From positions 43,834 to 107,833 of the forward strand of contig JAFGHI010000030.1 of assembly GCA_016930235.1 (NCBI GenBank): a stretch of 64,000 nucleotides of DNA. The letters are read 5' to 3'. This document shows, in pieces, positions 29,437-39,016 of the stretch. The position numbers and the translations under genes are program-made. The first letter of the stretch is position 1; each line of letters opens with the position of its first letter. A model generated the notes under the pieces. The model searched no databases. It saw only the letters and a list, made by a program, of their open reading frames with translations, and had not been told where the DNA came from. This DNA is from Candidatus Omnitrophota bacterium. GTDB taxonomy: Bacteria > Omnitrophota > Omnitrophia > Omnitrophales > Aquincolibacteriaceae.

Positions 29437-30524
29437 TGCGGGCCCTCCTTGAATGGATCAAGAAAGAAAAGTTTTATGTCATCCTTTTCTTGTTGGTTGG
29501 CGCCTACCTGTTTTACGAAAGGGTTCATTTCGGGAGCGCTCCTTCCGAGATGCCTGTCTCCCAAGAAGTTATTGCTTATCAACAGGCTGAGGGGGAACTT
29601 CAACAAAAGGTTCAGACTTCCGGTTCCCTGGAGGTCTTCTTGAAAGACCGCCCTGATTTAGCCGCGCTTTTTGGTTTTTTTACCTCGTTTATTCTGTTAG
29701 CTCTTTTGATCGGACTCGCGATTGATATTGGCTATTCAATCAATAAGCGTTTTCGCTCCCATCTTGTTTTTCAATTCCACGAACCCAGTTTTTCGGATTG
29801 GCGACTGTCCATGCTTTTTAAGGTTGTCGTTCTTTTTTTTGCTGCCGGACTCATGGCAAGTTTTATCTTGGGTTATTTTAGAAGGGTTGTTTTTGAAGGG
29901 CCTTCCGATAATTTTTATATCTTGATGCACACAACGCTAGTCGACGTTTTATGTTTTCTTTTTATTTGGCACGTCATGAACCGTTCGGGCGGGGGACTCC
30001 GGGACATCGGGTTTAGAGTCCCGGACGGGAAGATCCTGAGGGAGTTGGTGATTGGGTGGTTAGGATATCTTGCAATCCTTCCTGCTTTTGCAATTGTTCT
30101 TATCGCTGTCGTTTTCATTTCGGAGTGGTTGGCCCAGGAGCCGCCGCTTCATCCCATCATCAATGTTTTTTTGGAAGAAGAAAAACGGAATCCGTTTCTG
30201 GTTCAATACTCTGTGTTGCTGGCAGCCGTGATCGGGCCTTTTTTCGAAGAGATATTTTTTCGCGGATTCTGCTATTCGATCATTAAAAAGAAGTGGGGGA
30301 AAATATGGGGAATGCTTGCGAGCTCGGCCCTTTTTGCCTGGATCCATGAAAGCAGTTTCGCCTTCTGGCCCATTTTTGTCTTGGGACTGGGGCTGGCTTA
30401 TCTTTATGAAAAAAGACAGTCCCTGATTGCCCCCATGGTTCTTCATATTACCCACAATAGTGTTTTTCTGGCGTATTTTTTTCTAACCAAGCAGGTCCTA
30501 GCTCAGGAAGCGGGTCTTTTCTGA
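29433..30524 (+). CDS. CPBP/Abi (CAAX protease-like) intramembrane metalloprotease
   Basis: EEIFFRG, FAWIH and HITHN motifs; multi-TM. Confidence 0.9.
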   Translation: MMRALLEWIKKEKFYVILFLLVGAYLFYERVHFGSAPSEMPVSQEVIAYQQAEGELQQKVQTSGSLEVFLKDRPDLAALFGFFTSFILLALLIGLAIDIGYSINKRFRSHLVFQFHEPSFSDWRLSMLFKVVVLFFAAGLMASFILGYFRRVVFEGPSDNFYILMHTTLVDVLCFLFIWHVMNRSGGGLRDIGFRVPDGKILRELVIGWLGYLAILPAFAIVLIAVVFISEWLAQEPPLHPIINVFLEEEKRNPFLVQYSVLLAAVIGPFFEEIFFRGFCYSIIKKKWGKIWGMLASSALFAWIHESSFAFWPIFVLGLGLAYLYEKRQSLIAPMVLHITHNSVFLAYFFLTKQVLAQEAGLF

Positions 30525-31132
30525 TGGAGATAGCTCTTCTTATTTTCTTGTTTTTAATGACGATTGTAATTCACGAAGTAAGTCATGGGTATGTGGCCTA
30601 TCGACTGGGGGATCCCACAGCGAAAGCGAGAGGACGGCTGAGTCTTAATCCGCTTAAACACATTGATATGTTTTGGACTGTTCTCTTGCCGGCATTGCTT
30701 TTCATTTCAACGCGCGGGAAATTTGCCATCGGGATGGCCAAACCGGTTCCGGTCAATTTTGCCTTACTTCATCACCCGAAACGGGATATGGTGAAGGTGG
30801 CGGCGGCAGGGCCCTTGGCGAATATCCTTATCTCGATCGTTTTGGCTTTTGTCATCAGGTTTTATCCCCATACGATTATCCTTTATGTGATTTGGTTTAA
30901 CTTGGGCTTGGCGATGTTTAATCTGATACCGATCCCGCCTTTAGACGGGTCGCGTATCCTGGCGGGCCTTTTGCCCATCGCCTTGGCGAGACTCTTCTTT
31001 AAAATCGAACGGTTTGGATTTATGATTATTTTGCTTTTATATTTCACCGGGATGCTTTTTTATCTTATTGTCCCGGGGGTTGATTTCTTTTGTGTTTTGT
31101 TGGGAGTGCCGTCTTTACCCGTTCGTTTTTAA
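30524..31132 (+). CDS. Site-2 protease family (M50) protein
   Basis: HEVSH, AGPLAN and NLIPIPPLDG motifs. Confidence 0.92.
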   Translation: MEIALLIFLFLMTIVIHEVSHGYVAYRLGDPTAKARGRLSLNPLKHIDMFWTVLLPALLFISTRGKFAIGMAKPVPVNFALLHHPKRDMVKVAAAGPLANILISIVLAFVIRFYPHTIILYVIWFNLGLAMFNLIPIPPLDGSRILAGLLPIALARLFFKIERFGFMIILLLYFTGMLFYLIVPGVDFFCVLLGVPSLPVRF

Positions 31133-31164
31133 ACAATCGTTAGGTTTCGAAGGAGAGTGTTTCG

Positions 31165-32202
31165 ATGATTTTTGCGCCGATGCGTTTTCGACACAATGTT
31201 TTGGAACTGCTTGATCAGAGAAAATTACCCCTGCAGGAGAAATGGCTGCGCTGCCGGAATTCCAAGGATGTTTATTGGGCGATCAAAAATATGGTGGTAC
31301 GGGGAGCGCCCGCCATCGGTATTGTCGGGGGATACGGCTTGTACCTGGGGATTGCGCGGTATCGGGGATCCCGGAAAGGTTTTTTCGGTTTATTACGAAA
31401 GCAAGCCGTTTATCTAAAGGGTGCGCGTCCTACAGGAGTTAATTTAAGAAACGTGATTGATGAGATTGTCAAGGGAACGGGCAAAAGCAAAGATCGGAAT
31501 ATTTCGATCCTGAAGCGTTTGGTGTTGCGCCAAGCCCAGGCTGCTCATCATCTCGATGAAAAACTTTGCAGACGGATGGGCGCCCATGGGGCAAAACTTT
31601 TGAGATCCGGGGATACGGTTCTCACCCATTGCAATGCAGGAGGACTTGCGACATCGGGCTTTGGAACGGCTCTGGGTGTCTTCTATGCTGCCAAAGGGCA
31701 GGGGAAGAAGATTGCTGTCTTTGCGGATGAAACGAGGCCCCTTTTGCAGGGGGCACGTCTTACAGCCTGGGAGCTTACGAAAAGCAAAATCCCGTGTACG
31801 CTTATCTGCGATAATATGGCGGCGTGTATGATGAAGGCAGGAAGGATCGATGCTGTTATTGTCGGTGCCGACCGTATTGCCGCCAATGGTGATACCGCCA
31901 ATAAAATCGGAACATATAATCTCGCCGTTTTAGCGCGTGCTCATCGGATTCCTTTTTATATTGCGGCACCTGTTACCACCTTCGATTTTTCGATCCGAAA
32001 TGGGAAAGGAATTCCGATTGAATACCGGGACCCTCAGGAAGTGACGGAGGGGCTGGGGAAAAGGATTGCTCCAAGGAGAGTGAAGGTGCTGAATCCGGCC
32101 TTTGACGTGACGCCTCATTTGCTGATCACCTCCTTTATCACCGAAGCGGGAGTGCTCAAGAAACCCTTTCGCCGATCCTTTCTGAAATTGAGGAAGAAGT
32201 AG
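31165..32202 (+). CDS. mtnA: S-methyl-5-thioribose-1-phosphate isomerase
   Basis: MVVRGAPAIG, RPTGVNL, THCNAG, ETRPLLQGARLTAWE and GDTANKIGT motifs. Confidence 0.95.
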   Translation: MIFAPMRFRHNVLELLDQRKLPLQEKWLRCRNSKDVYWAIKNMVVRGAPAIGIVGGYGLYLGIARYRGSRKGFFGLLRKQAVYLKGARPTGVNLRNVIDEIVKGTGKSKDRNISILKRLVLRQAQAAHHLDEKLCRRMGAHGAKLLRSGDTVLTHCNAGGLATSGFGTALGVFYAAKGQGKKIAVFADETRPLLQGARLTAWELTKSKIPCTLICDNMAACMMKAGRIDAVIVGADRIAANGDTANKIGTYNLAVLARAHRIPFYIAAPVTTFDFSIRNGKGIPIEYRDPQEVTEGLGKRIAPRRVKVLNPAFDVTPHLLITSFITEAGVLKKPFRRSFLKLRKK

Positions 32203-32208
32203 AAGACA

Positions 32209-33141
32209 ATGAGGATTTCAGAGTTTCAATTGATTGAAATGCTTAAAAGGGGAGTTCCTAAATCCCTTCAAGGGGATATTGGACTGGGGGATGATGCTGC
32301 GGTGTTATCTTTTCGCCGCGGACGGAAGGTTTTATTCTCAGCCGATACGGTTGTTGAGGGCGTCGATTTCAAGATGGGGCAAATTCAACCGGAAATGGCA
32401 GGGCGTAAGGCGCTTGCAGTCAATTTGAGTGATATCGCAGCGATGGGAGGTACACCTTTTGCTTTTGTTTCAGCCCTTGGTTTGCCCCGTAAAGTCTCTG
32501 AGCGATGGATAAAAGAATTTCATGTCGGGATGGTGAGGTTGGCAAGACAATTTCAGGTCTCATTTGTCGGGGGCGATGTAACCGCTTCAAAGCAATTTTT
32601 CGCTTCCATTGCCATTTTAGGATATGCCCGCAAAGCCATTCTCAGACGGGGAGCAAAACCGGGTGATCTGATCGGTGTGACAGGGGATCTCGGGGGGTCC
32701 ATCCTCGAACATCATTACCGGTTTATGCCGCGTTTGCGAGAGGGCCAGTATCTCGCCAGACATTTTCATCCGTCTGCGATGATTGATATCTCCGATGGAT
32801 TATGGCAGGATTGCGAACACATGATGAAAGCGTCGGGCGTTTGTGCAAAACTTGATGCCGATAAGGTACCGGTTTCGAAAGCAGCTTTAACGCTTTCGAA
32901 AAATAACCGCAAAAAAGCTTTGGGACATGCCTTGGGCGATGGCGAAGATTTTGAGCTTCTCTTTACCCTTCCGCAGAAATCAGCCCATCGGTTAGACAGG
33001 CATTGGAAAAAGAGGTTCCCGAATGTCAGACTTAGCTGGATTGGCCGAGTCTTGCCTGGCAAGGCTAAACAAGGGATTGTTCAATGCTCGGTTAATGAGT
33101 TCAATCGCAAGACAATCAGGAAAGGTTACAGCCATTTTTGA
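32209..33141 (+). CDS. thiL: Thiamine-monophosphate kinase
   Basis: GDDAA, NLSDIAAMG, GGD, DISDGL and GEDFELLFT motifs. Confidence 0.95.
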   Translation: MRISEFQLIEMLKRGVPKSLQGDIGLGDDAAVLSFRRGRKVLFSADTVVEGVDFKMGQIQPEMAGRKALAVNLSDIAAMGGTPFAFVSALGLPRKVSERWIKEFHVGMVRLARQFQVSFVGGDVTASKQFFASIAILGYARKAILRRGAKPGDLIGVTGDLGGSILEHHYRFMPRLREGQYLARHFHPSAMIDISDGLWQDCEHMMKASGVCAKLDADKVPVSKAALTLSKNNRKKALGHALGDGEDFELLFTLPQKSAHRLDRHWKKRFPNVRLSWIGRVLPGKAKQGIVQCSVNEFNRKTIRKGYSHF

Positions 33142-33142
33142 G

Positions 33143-33595
33143 ATGATGACGCAAAAAGAGTACCTCAGTCAGTCGACCGAAGAAACTTTAGAGTTTGCCA
33201 GCCGGTTAGCCAAGCAGCTCAAGCCCGGAAGTGTGATCGGCCTTGTGGGGGACTTGGGTTCCGGGAAGACAACTTTCATCAAGGGAATTGCCCATGGACT
33301 TGGTTTAGCCAATGCCGATGAGGTCAAAAGTCCGACATTTGTACTGATGCATATCTATAAAACGACGATTCCGCTTTATCATTTTGACTTGTACCGCTTG
33401 GAAAGCGCTGAGGATTTTCAAGCGATCGGTTTTGAAGAATTTACAGCCGATTCAAAGGCGATATCATGTATCGAATGGGCCGATAAGGCGGGTTCTCTTT
33501 TGCCCGCGCATACGGTTTTTGTCCATCTGGAGCATCTGGGGCTGGATCGCCGCCGGATCATCATCATACCCCGTCATTCTGCTAAGCCCTACTGA
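33143..33595 (+). CDS. tsaE: tRNA t6A biosynthesis ATPase TsaE
   Basis: GDLGSGKTT, SPTF, HFDLYRL and IEW motifs; start placed just after the thiL stop. Confidence 0.93.
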   Translation: MMTQKEYLSQSTEETLEFASRLAKQLKPGSVIGLVGDLGSGKTTFIKGIAHGLGLANADEVKSPTFVLMHIYKTTIPLYHFDLYRLESAEDFQAIGFEEFTADSKAISCIEWADKAGSLLPAHTVFVHLEHLGLDRRRIIIIPRHSAKPY

Positions 33596-33664
33596 GACTC
33601 TTCCGAACCTATTGCCTTGCATGGTACAATACACTTCTTTTATACAATTAAATGAGGGGGCGTT

Positions 33665-35221
33665 ATGGCTGAACCCAGGGATCCGAATCAGGCACAGAGG
33701 GATATGATGGAAAACATGAGGAGGATGATGAGCCAATTTGGCACACGTCCGGATCCTCAGGCTGAACGGGTCAGGGAACAAGAGGAAGAGAAACAGAGGC
33801 AGAAACGCAAAGAAGTCCTTTCCTTTGATCTCAAACCCAAAGATGTCAAAAAGTATTTGGATCGGTACGTCATCAAGCAAGAAGATGCCAAACGGGTTTT
33901 GGCCACGGCGGTTTGTGACCATTACAACCATGTCAAACGCCAGCGGGAGAAAGGCAAAAGCCGGCACTATGTCAAACAAAACGTTTTGATGCTGGGTAAG
34001 ACGGGGGTTGGGAAGACTTTCCTTATTCGGAGTTTATCCGAACTTATCGGTGTCCCTTTTATAAAAGCGGATGCGACGAAATTCAGCGAAACGGGTTATG
34101 TCGGAGGTGACGTTGATGATCTTGTGCGGGACCTAGTTCACAAGGCCGATGGGGATATGGAGCTTGCCGAATGCGGTATGATCTATATCGACGAAATCGA
34201 TAAGATTGCAGCTCCCTCGAATGTTCAGGGGCGTGATGTCAGCGGGAGCGGTGTTCAAAGGGGACTTTTGAAAATTATGGAGGAAACCGAAGTGCCGCTT
34301 CGTAATCCCCAGGACATTCAATCTCAGATTCAATCGCTTGTTGAGTTCCAACAAAAAGGCAAAACGACACGCCCGATGATTAATACGCGGAATATCCTTT
34401 TCATTGTCAGCGGTGCCTTTGAGGGGCTTGCGGCCATTACGGAGAAAAGAGTCAAATCTTTAGAGATCGGTTTTTCGTCATCGGCCCCGAAACATATCCC
34501 CAAAGAGGACCTTTTCAGGGCATCGAAAACGGAAGATTTTATACAGTTTGGGTTTGAACCGGAATTTATCGGCCGCCTTCCTGTCCGTGTGATCTGTGAT
34601 CCATTGAGTGCACAGGACCTTTATACTATTTTGACCGTCTCGGAAGGCTCCATTTTGAGGCAATACGAGGAATCTTTCCGCGCGTACGGCATTGAAATCC
34701 AGTTCAATGATGATGCCTTATGGGAAATCGCCAAAAGGGCCTCAAATGAAGGAACGGGTGCACGGGGTTTGGTCACGATCTGCGAAAAGATCTTCCGGGA
34801 CTTGAAATATGAGCTTCCTTCCAGCAGGCTGAAGTCGTTCCGGCTCACCCGCGAGATGGTGGCTTCGCCGAAGAAAGGAATGGAGGAATTGCTCCAGGAG
34901 GAAAGGGAGGAAAAGATTCGAGAAATAGAGCTTGAGATTACCGAATTCGAAAAGATTTTTTCCGACAAAAATGGCATTGCTATTGAGTTCGATCCAAAAG
35001 GGCGTCGAGCCATTCAAGAACACGTGTTAGAAGAGAGTGTTCAAGTGAAACCTTTCTTAGAAAATCTGCTTTCAAATTATCCCCATGGTTTAGAGCTAAT
35101 TCGCAAAAAGGAGCCGCGTCATAAGTATGTGTTAAATCAGGACGTGGTTAAGGACCCCAACCATTTTCTGGAAGAGTGGATTAAGAATACTTATGAAACC
35201 GGGCCTATAAAGCAGCGGTAG
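33665..35221 (+). CDS. Atypical ClpX-like AAA+ ATPase (no zinc-binding domain, C-terminal extension)
   Basis: GKTGVGKT, GYVG pore loop, IDEIDKI, RDVSGSGVQ, IGF loop, PEFIGRLP and TGARGL; N-terminal C4 zinc finger absent. Confidence 0.85.
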   Translation: MAEPRDPNQAQRDMMENMRRMMSQFGTRPDPQAERVREQEEEKQRQKRKEVLSFDLKPKDVKKYLDRYVIKQEDAKRVLATAVCDHYNHVKRQREKGKSRHYVKQNVLMLGKTGVGKTFLIRSLSELIGVPFIKADATKFSETGYVGGDVDDLVRDLVHKADGDMELAECGMIYIDEIDKIAAPSNVQGRDVSGSGVQRGLLKIMEETEVPLRNPQDIQSQIQSLVEFQQKGKTTRPMINTRNILFIVSGAFEGLAAITEKRVKSLEIGFSSSAPKHIPKEDLFRASKTEDFIQFGFEPEFIGRLPVRVICDPLSAQDLYTILTVSEGSILRQYEESFRAYGIEIQFNDDALWEIAKRASNEGTGARGLVTICEKIFRDLKYELPSSRLKSFRLTREMVASPKKGMEELLQEEREEKIREIELEITEFEKIFSDKNGIAIEFDPKGRRAIQEHVLEESVQVKPFLENLLSNYPHGLELIRKKEPRHKYVLNQDVVKDPNHFLEEWIKNTYETGPIKQR

Positions 35222-35249
35222 CGGTTCATAACAGTAAATGTGAAGACAG

Positions 35250-36371
35250 ATGAAAACGGGTATTGCGCATTTGCCGCTCCACGGCGGAAAAGCACCGCGC
35301 TGGCTTTTTGACAGAATGACAAAATTGGCCCGTGGAATGGTCATGGTCATTATCGAAGAATATGGCCCTGAAGAGATGCTCAAACGGTTATCGGACCCTT
35401 ATTGGTTTCAGGCGTTCGGGTGTGTGCTGGGTTTCGACTGGCATTCAAGCGGTTTGACGACGACCGTCGGAGGTGCTTTGAAGGAGGGCCTCCGTGATGT
35501 CGAGCTTGAGATTGGCTTCTTTGTGGCGGGCGGAAAAGGGGGAACGTCGAGAAAGACACCTCAGGAAATCGAAACGGTGTCAGAAAGAACAGGGATCGAT
35601 GCGAAACCTTTGGTCTATGCAAGCCGGATGGCGGCTAAAGTCGATTCCGCGGCTTTACAGGATGGTTTCGAGTTGTACCACCATAATTTCTTTCACACAT
35701 CGAGCGGCCGGTGGTGTGTTGTTCAGCAGGGAATGAATAAAGAAAACCGTTATGCGAGGCGATATCATTGGCTCGGGGATAAGGTTTCTGATTTCGTTTG
35801 TGAACCTCACGCAGCGGTTTGTTGTGATTTCCAGACCGCGGTCTTGAATATGGTTCACCGCGAGAGTGAAAAAGCCAGACAGAGGTCGGTTGTGATTTCA
35901 AGACATGATCCCGACAGAACATTCCATGAGCTTGAGGCCATAGTTCGTTTGGATATGCCCAGACGCCATGGGATTCGGGAGGAATTCGATATCGACCCTA
36001 AACGATTTCATAAGGTCTTGCTCAAAACCTATGAATATCAGCCGAATGGTTTTGAGACATTATTAAGTATGCAGGGGATAGGACCGAAAACAATACGGGC
36101 GCTGACCTTGATGAGCGAACTTATTTACGGGGAACGGCCGAGTTATCAAGATCCGGTCCGCTATAGTTATGCCCATGGGGGAAAAGACGGGTTTCCCTAT
36201 CCCGTTGATCGTAAAACTTATGATCAATCGATTGATTGTCTTCGATTGGCCCTTGATCGGTCAAAAATCGACCGATCCGAACGCATTCATGCTCTTAAAC
36301 GTTTAGTCGCATTTTATGACAGCAGATCACCCCAACGAAATCAGAATAGGGTGACGGGAGGATTGCCATGA
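35250..36371 (+). CDS. DUF763 family protein
   Basis: LPLHGGKAPRWL, DPYWFQAFGCVLGFDWHSSG and AHGGKDGFPYPVD, recalled as DUF763 motifs. Confidence 0.85.
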   Translation: MKTGIAHLPLHGGKAPRWLFDRMTKLARGMVMVIIEEYGPEEMLKRLSDPYWFQAFGCVLGFDWHSSGLTTTVGGALKEGLRDVELEIGFFVAGGKGGTSRKTPQEIETVSERTGIDAKPLVYASRMAAKVDSAALQDGFELYHHNFFHTSSGRWCVVQQGMNKENRYARRYHWLGDKVSDFVCEPHAAVCCDFQTAVLNMVHRESEKARQRSVVISRHDPDRTFHELEAIVRLDMPRRHGIREEFDIDPKRFHKVLLKTYEYQPNGFETLLSMQGIGPKTIRALTLMSELIYGERPSYQDPVRYSYAHGGKDGFPYPVDRKTYDQSIDCLRLALDRSKIDRSERIHALKRLVAFYDSRSPQRNQNRVTGGLP

Positions 36372-36760
36372 AAAAAGAAGGTCCTTTTTCGTTTCTTGAA
36401 TGGTTTAAATCATTTCGTTATGCAGCGGTCGGGATGTGGGATATGTTGCGGACTGAACATAACGCATGGGTGCATGCCATTGTGACCGTGTTTGTCTTGG
36501 GCTTTTCAGTGTGGTTGCGGATTAGCGGTTTGGAATTTAGCATGATCGTCATGGCGGTTGTCGGGGTATGGGCCGCTGAAGCTTTCAACACGGTTCTGGA
36601 AATTGTGATGAATATGATCTCACCGGAGTATTCGCGGGCGGCGCAGAGAGCAAAAGATATTGCTGCTGGCGGAGTTTTGATCGCATCGATCGGTTCTGCT
36701 ATTATTGGGCTCTTTATTTTGGGACCTCCGCTTTGGGCGAAATTGCAAATATTATTCTAA
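36368..36760 (+). CDS. dgkA: Diacylglycerol/undecaprenol kinase family protein
   Basis: SFRYA..G, EHN, EAFNTVLE and AKDIAAG motifs; three TMs. Confidence 0.88.
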   Translation: MKKEGPFSFLEWFKSFRYAAVGMWDMLRTEHNAWVHAIVTVFVLGFSVWLRISGLEFSMIVMAVVGVWAAEAFNTVLEIVMNMISPEYSRAAQRAKDIAAGGVLIASIGSAIIGLFILGPPLWAKLQILF

Positions 36761-36784
36761 GTCAAACAGGAAAACTAAAGGGTC

Positions 36785-38533
36785 ATGAATCCTGAAGAAT
36801 TTGAATCCCTCAGCTCTGAAGAGCAAATTAAAATTTTTCATAAGAGCTCGTTTAAAGAAAAAGGAGAGCTTATCCTGCATTCCCATCATCCGGAGGCTTT
36901 GACTCATTCCCTGTCTCAGGAAGAACTTTATCTGACGACTCGCGAAATGGATATTGAGGAAAGAAGCGAGATCATCCGTTTTGCTTCAAGACCTCAACTG
37001 TATTTTGTTACGGATGTTGATTGCTGGGAAAAAGACAGGATTAGTACGAGCGGATTTACCACATGGATGGAGATTCTCCTGAAATCCGGGGATCATCAGC
37101 TCTTGGCATGGCTGACAGGGATGGATTACGAGACGATCGTTGCGGGTTTGAAACGGATGATTCGGGTTGAGAAACCCGAGCGCGAATATGCGATGGATGA
37201 TGTTTTGGGGGATGTGCCCTATTTTACAATCGATAACTATTATTTTATTTTTGTGAAAGAGGAACAGCTTGAAACCATGCGGAGGACCTTTGAGATTTTG
37301 TTCGAAAATTACCGGGGGCGGTATGTGGCGCTTTTAGAAGGCGTTCTTAGCGAGATTGAGGATGACCTGGAGGAAGAGGCGTATCAGAAACGTGAGCAGC
37401 GTTTAGCCGAGAGGGGATTCCCGGAACCTGAAATTGCTCACCGGATTTACCGGCCGATGACACCCGAGGAATTTCGTGAGTCTCCGCTTAAATCAAAGGA
37501 AGGCGATAAAGCCGAAGGGGCTATCGTCTCGGAAGTTTCATTGCCTCCCAATTATCTGCGCATGTGGTCGGAGAACAGGCTCTTTCTGGATGATGTTTTG
37601 TTGTCTCTCAGAGGCGAGGAGATAGAAATTCAGGAGGGTATTCAGGAAGAATTGGCCTGGCTGTCCAATAAAACCATTGCTTGCGAGGGGTTGGTCTTTT
37701 CTTCAGAAGAAAATGTGAAGCGGGGAGTTGAAAGGGCGCGGAATTTTGTGAATTTGGGGCTTGAGATAGTAAGCGGGAAGGATCTTGAGGTTGCCAAAAA
37801 AATTGTGAAAACAAGGTGGCTTGAAAACATCTTCCGTGTAGGGGCCGGGGCCCTTATCCCATTACGCGAAAAGAGCATGAAATTAGTCCGCATACTATGG
37901 AAAGGTGACCAGGAGGGTTTTCTGAGATTTCTTGACTCTCCGTATGGATCGATTTTGAAGGGATTGCTTTTGCGTGTTCCCGATCATTACGATGATCAAG
38001 AAAAAAACAACCTGGATCATTTGCGTGATTTTCGGACGGCTGAAGATATTCAAAAGGATGAGCATAGTCTTGAACAGATTCGGTTGGTTATGACGTTTTT
38101 ATCCAAGCGTTTTCCTGTGTTATGGAATGATGTTTTGAACGGGCGAGGTCCAGAATCCCTGTTTCAATTATTGGGAACACTTTATGCGCAGTTTGTGCTC
38201 TGGGGGCAAGTCAAGAATCATGTTCTAAGCTCTCAGGAAGTGATTCAATTTATCCGGTCAGCCTTTGACCCAGAAGGAGCTCGAAGAGTATTGAAGCATG
38301 AGATGAAAAAGAAATTCATGGATACCTTTTTTAATGAGGAGGATCAAAATTCCTTAAAGTCGTTTTGGGGGATCATTTTCAGTGAGATGGAAGATGAATT
38401 AGGCAGATTAAATATCGAGAAGGGTTTGCGGCCTGAATATATCGGGATTCTATCGGTGGCTTCGGGGACGAAACCGGCAACAAAAAAAATCGAAAAGAGA
38501 AAAAAGAAAAAACTCTCGGGGAGCACGAATTAG
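36785..38533 (+). CDS. Conserved hypothetical protein (DUF6178-like)
   Basis: 582-aa acidic helical ORF. QEELYL...DVDCW and EEEAY..R..RLAERGFP recalled as DUF6178-like; not verified. Confidence 0.65.
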   Translation: MNPEEFESLSSEEQIKIFHKSSFKEKGELILHSHHPEALTHSLSQEELYLTTREMDIEERSEIIRFASRPQLYFVTDVDCWEKDRISTSGFTTWMEILLKSGDHQLLAWLTGMDYETIVAGLKRMIRVEKPEREYAMDDVLGDVPYFTIDNYYFIFVKEEQLETMRRTFEILFENYRGRYVALLEGVLSEIEDDLEEEAYQKREQRLAERGFPEPEIAHRIYRPMTPEEFRESPLKSKEGDKAEGAIVSEVSLPPNYLRMWSENRLFLDDVLLSLRGEEIEIQEGIQEELAWLSNKTIACEGLVFSSEENVKRGVERARNFVNLGLEIVSGKDLEVAKKIVKTRWLENIFRVGAGALIPLREKSMKLVRILWKGDQEGFLRFLDSPYGSILKGLLLRVPDHYDDQEKNNLDHLRDFRTAEDIQKDEHSLEQIRLVMTFLSKRFPVLWNDVLNGRGPESLFQLLGTLYAQFVLWGQVKNHVLSSQEVIQFIRSAFDPEGARRVLKHEMKKKFMDTFFNEEDQNSLKSFWGIIFSEMEDELGRLNIEKGLRPEYIGILSVASGTKPATKKIEKRKKKKLSGSTN

Positions 38534-38536
38534 CTT

Positions 38537-38905
38537 ATGTCTGATTTTGAAATCCGTTTTTTTGAAAAGATTATTAAAGAGAAACCCGATCATATCGATG
38601 CGCTTAAGTTATTAGCGGAGGCCTATACAAGAAAGAAACACTATAGCGAAGGGCTGGACATGGATCAACGGTTGTCTGTATTGTGTCCGGAAGACCCCGT
38701 CGTCCATTATAACTTAGCCTGCAGTCTGGCCTTGGTGGGTAAAAAAGAACAGGCCATTCAAGCTTTAAAGCTAAGCATGAAAATGGGTTATGTCGATCTC
38801 GAACACCTCAAAAAGGACCCCGATCTGGATGTTTTGCGGGAGGACCCCTCCTTTCACGAATTGATCAAATCTTTAGAGAAATCAAAAAATTCTAACTCGC
38901 GATGA
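38537..38905 (+). CDS. Small TPR protein
   Basis: TPR helices plus the YNLAC...G...DPDL..LR capping motif. Confidence 0.8.
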   Translation: MSDFEIRFFEKIIKEKPDHIDALKLLAEAYTRKKHYSEGLDMDQRLSVLCPEDPVVHYNLACSLALVGKKEQAIQALKLSMKMGYVDLEHLKKDPDLDVLREDPSFHELIKSLEKSKNSNSR

Positions 38906-39016
38906 CATCTAGGGGATCAGTAGAATTATTTGTTCATGGTTTCAAGAAATTATGCCGTTAGGTAAATTGGTACTCTGCGAATGGGGGTATCTATCTCATA
39001 AGCTCAAAGGGGAATA

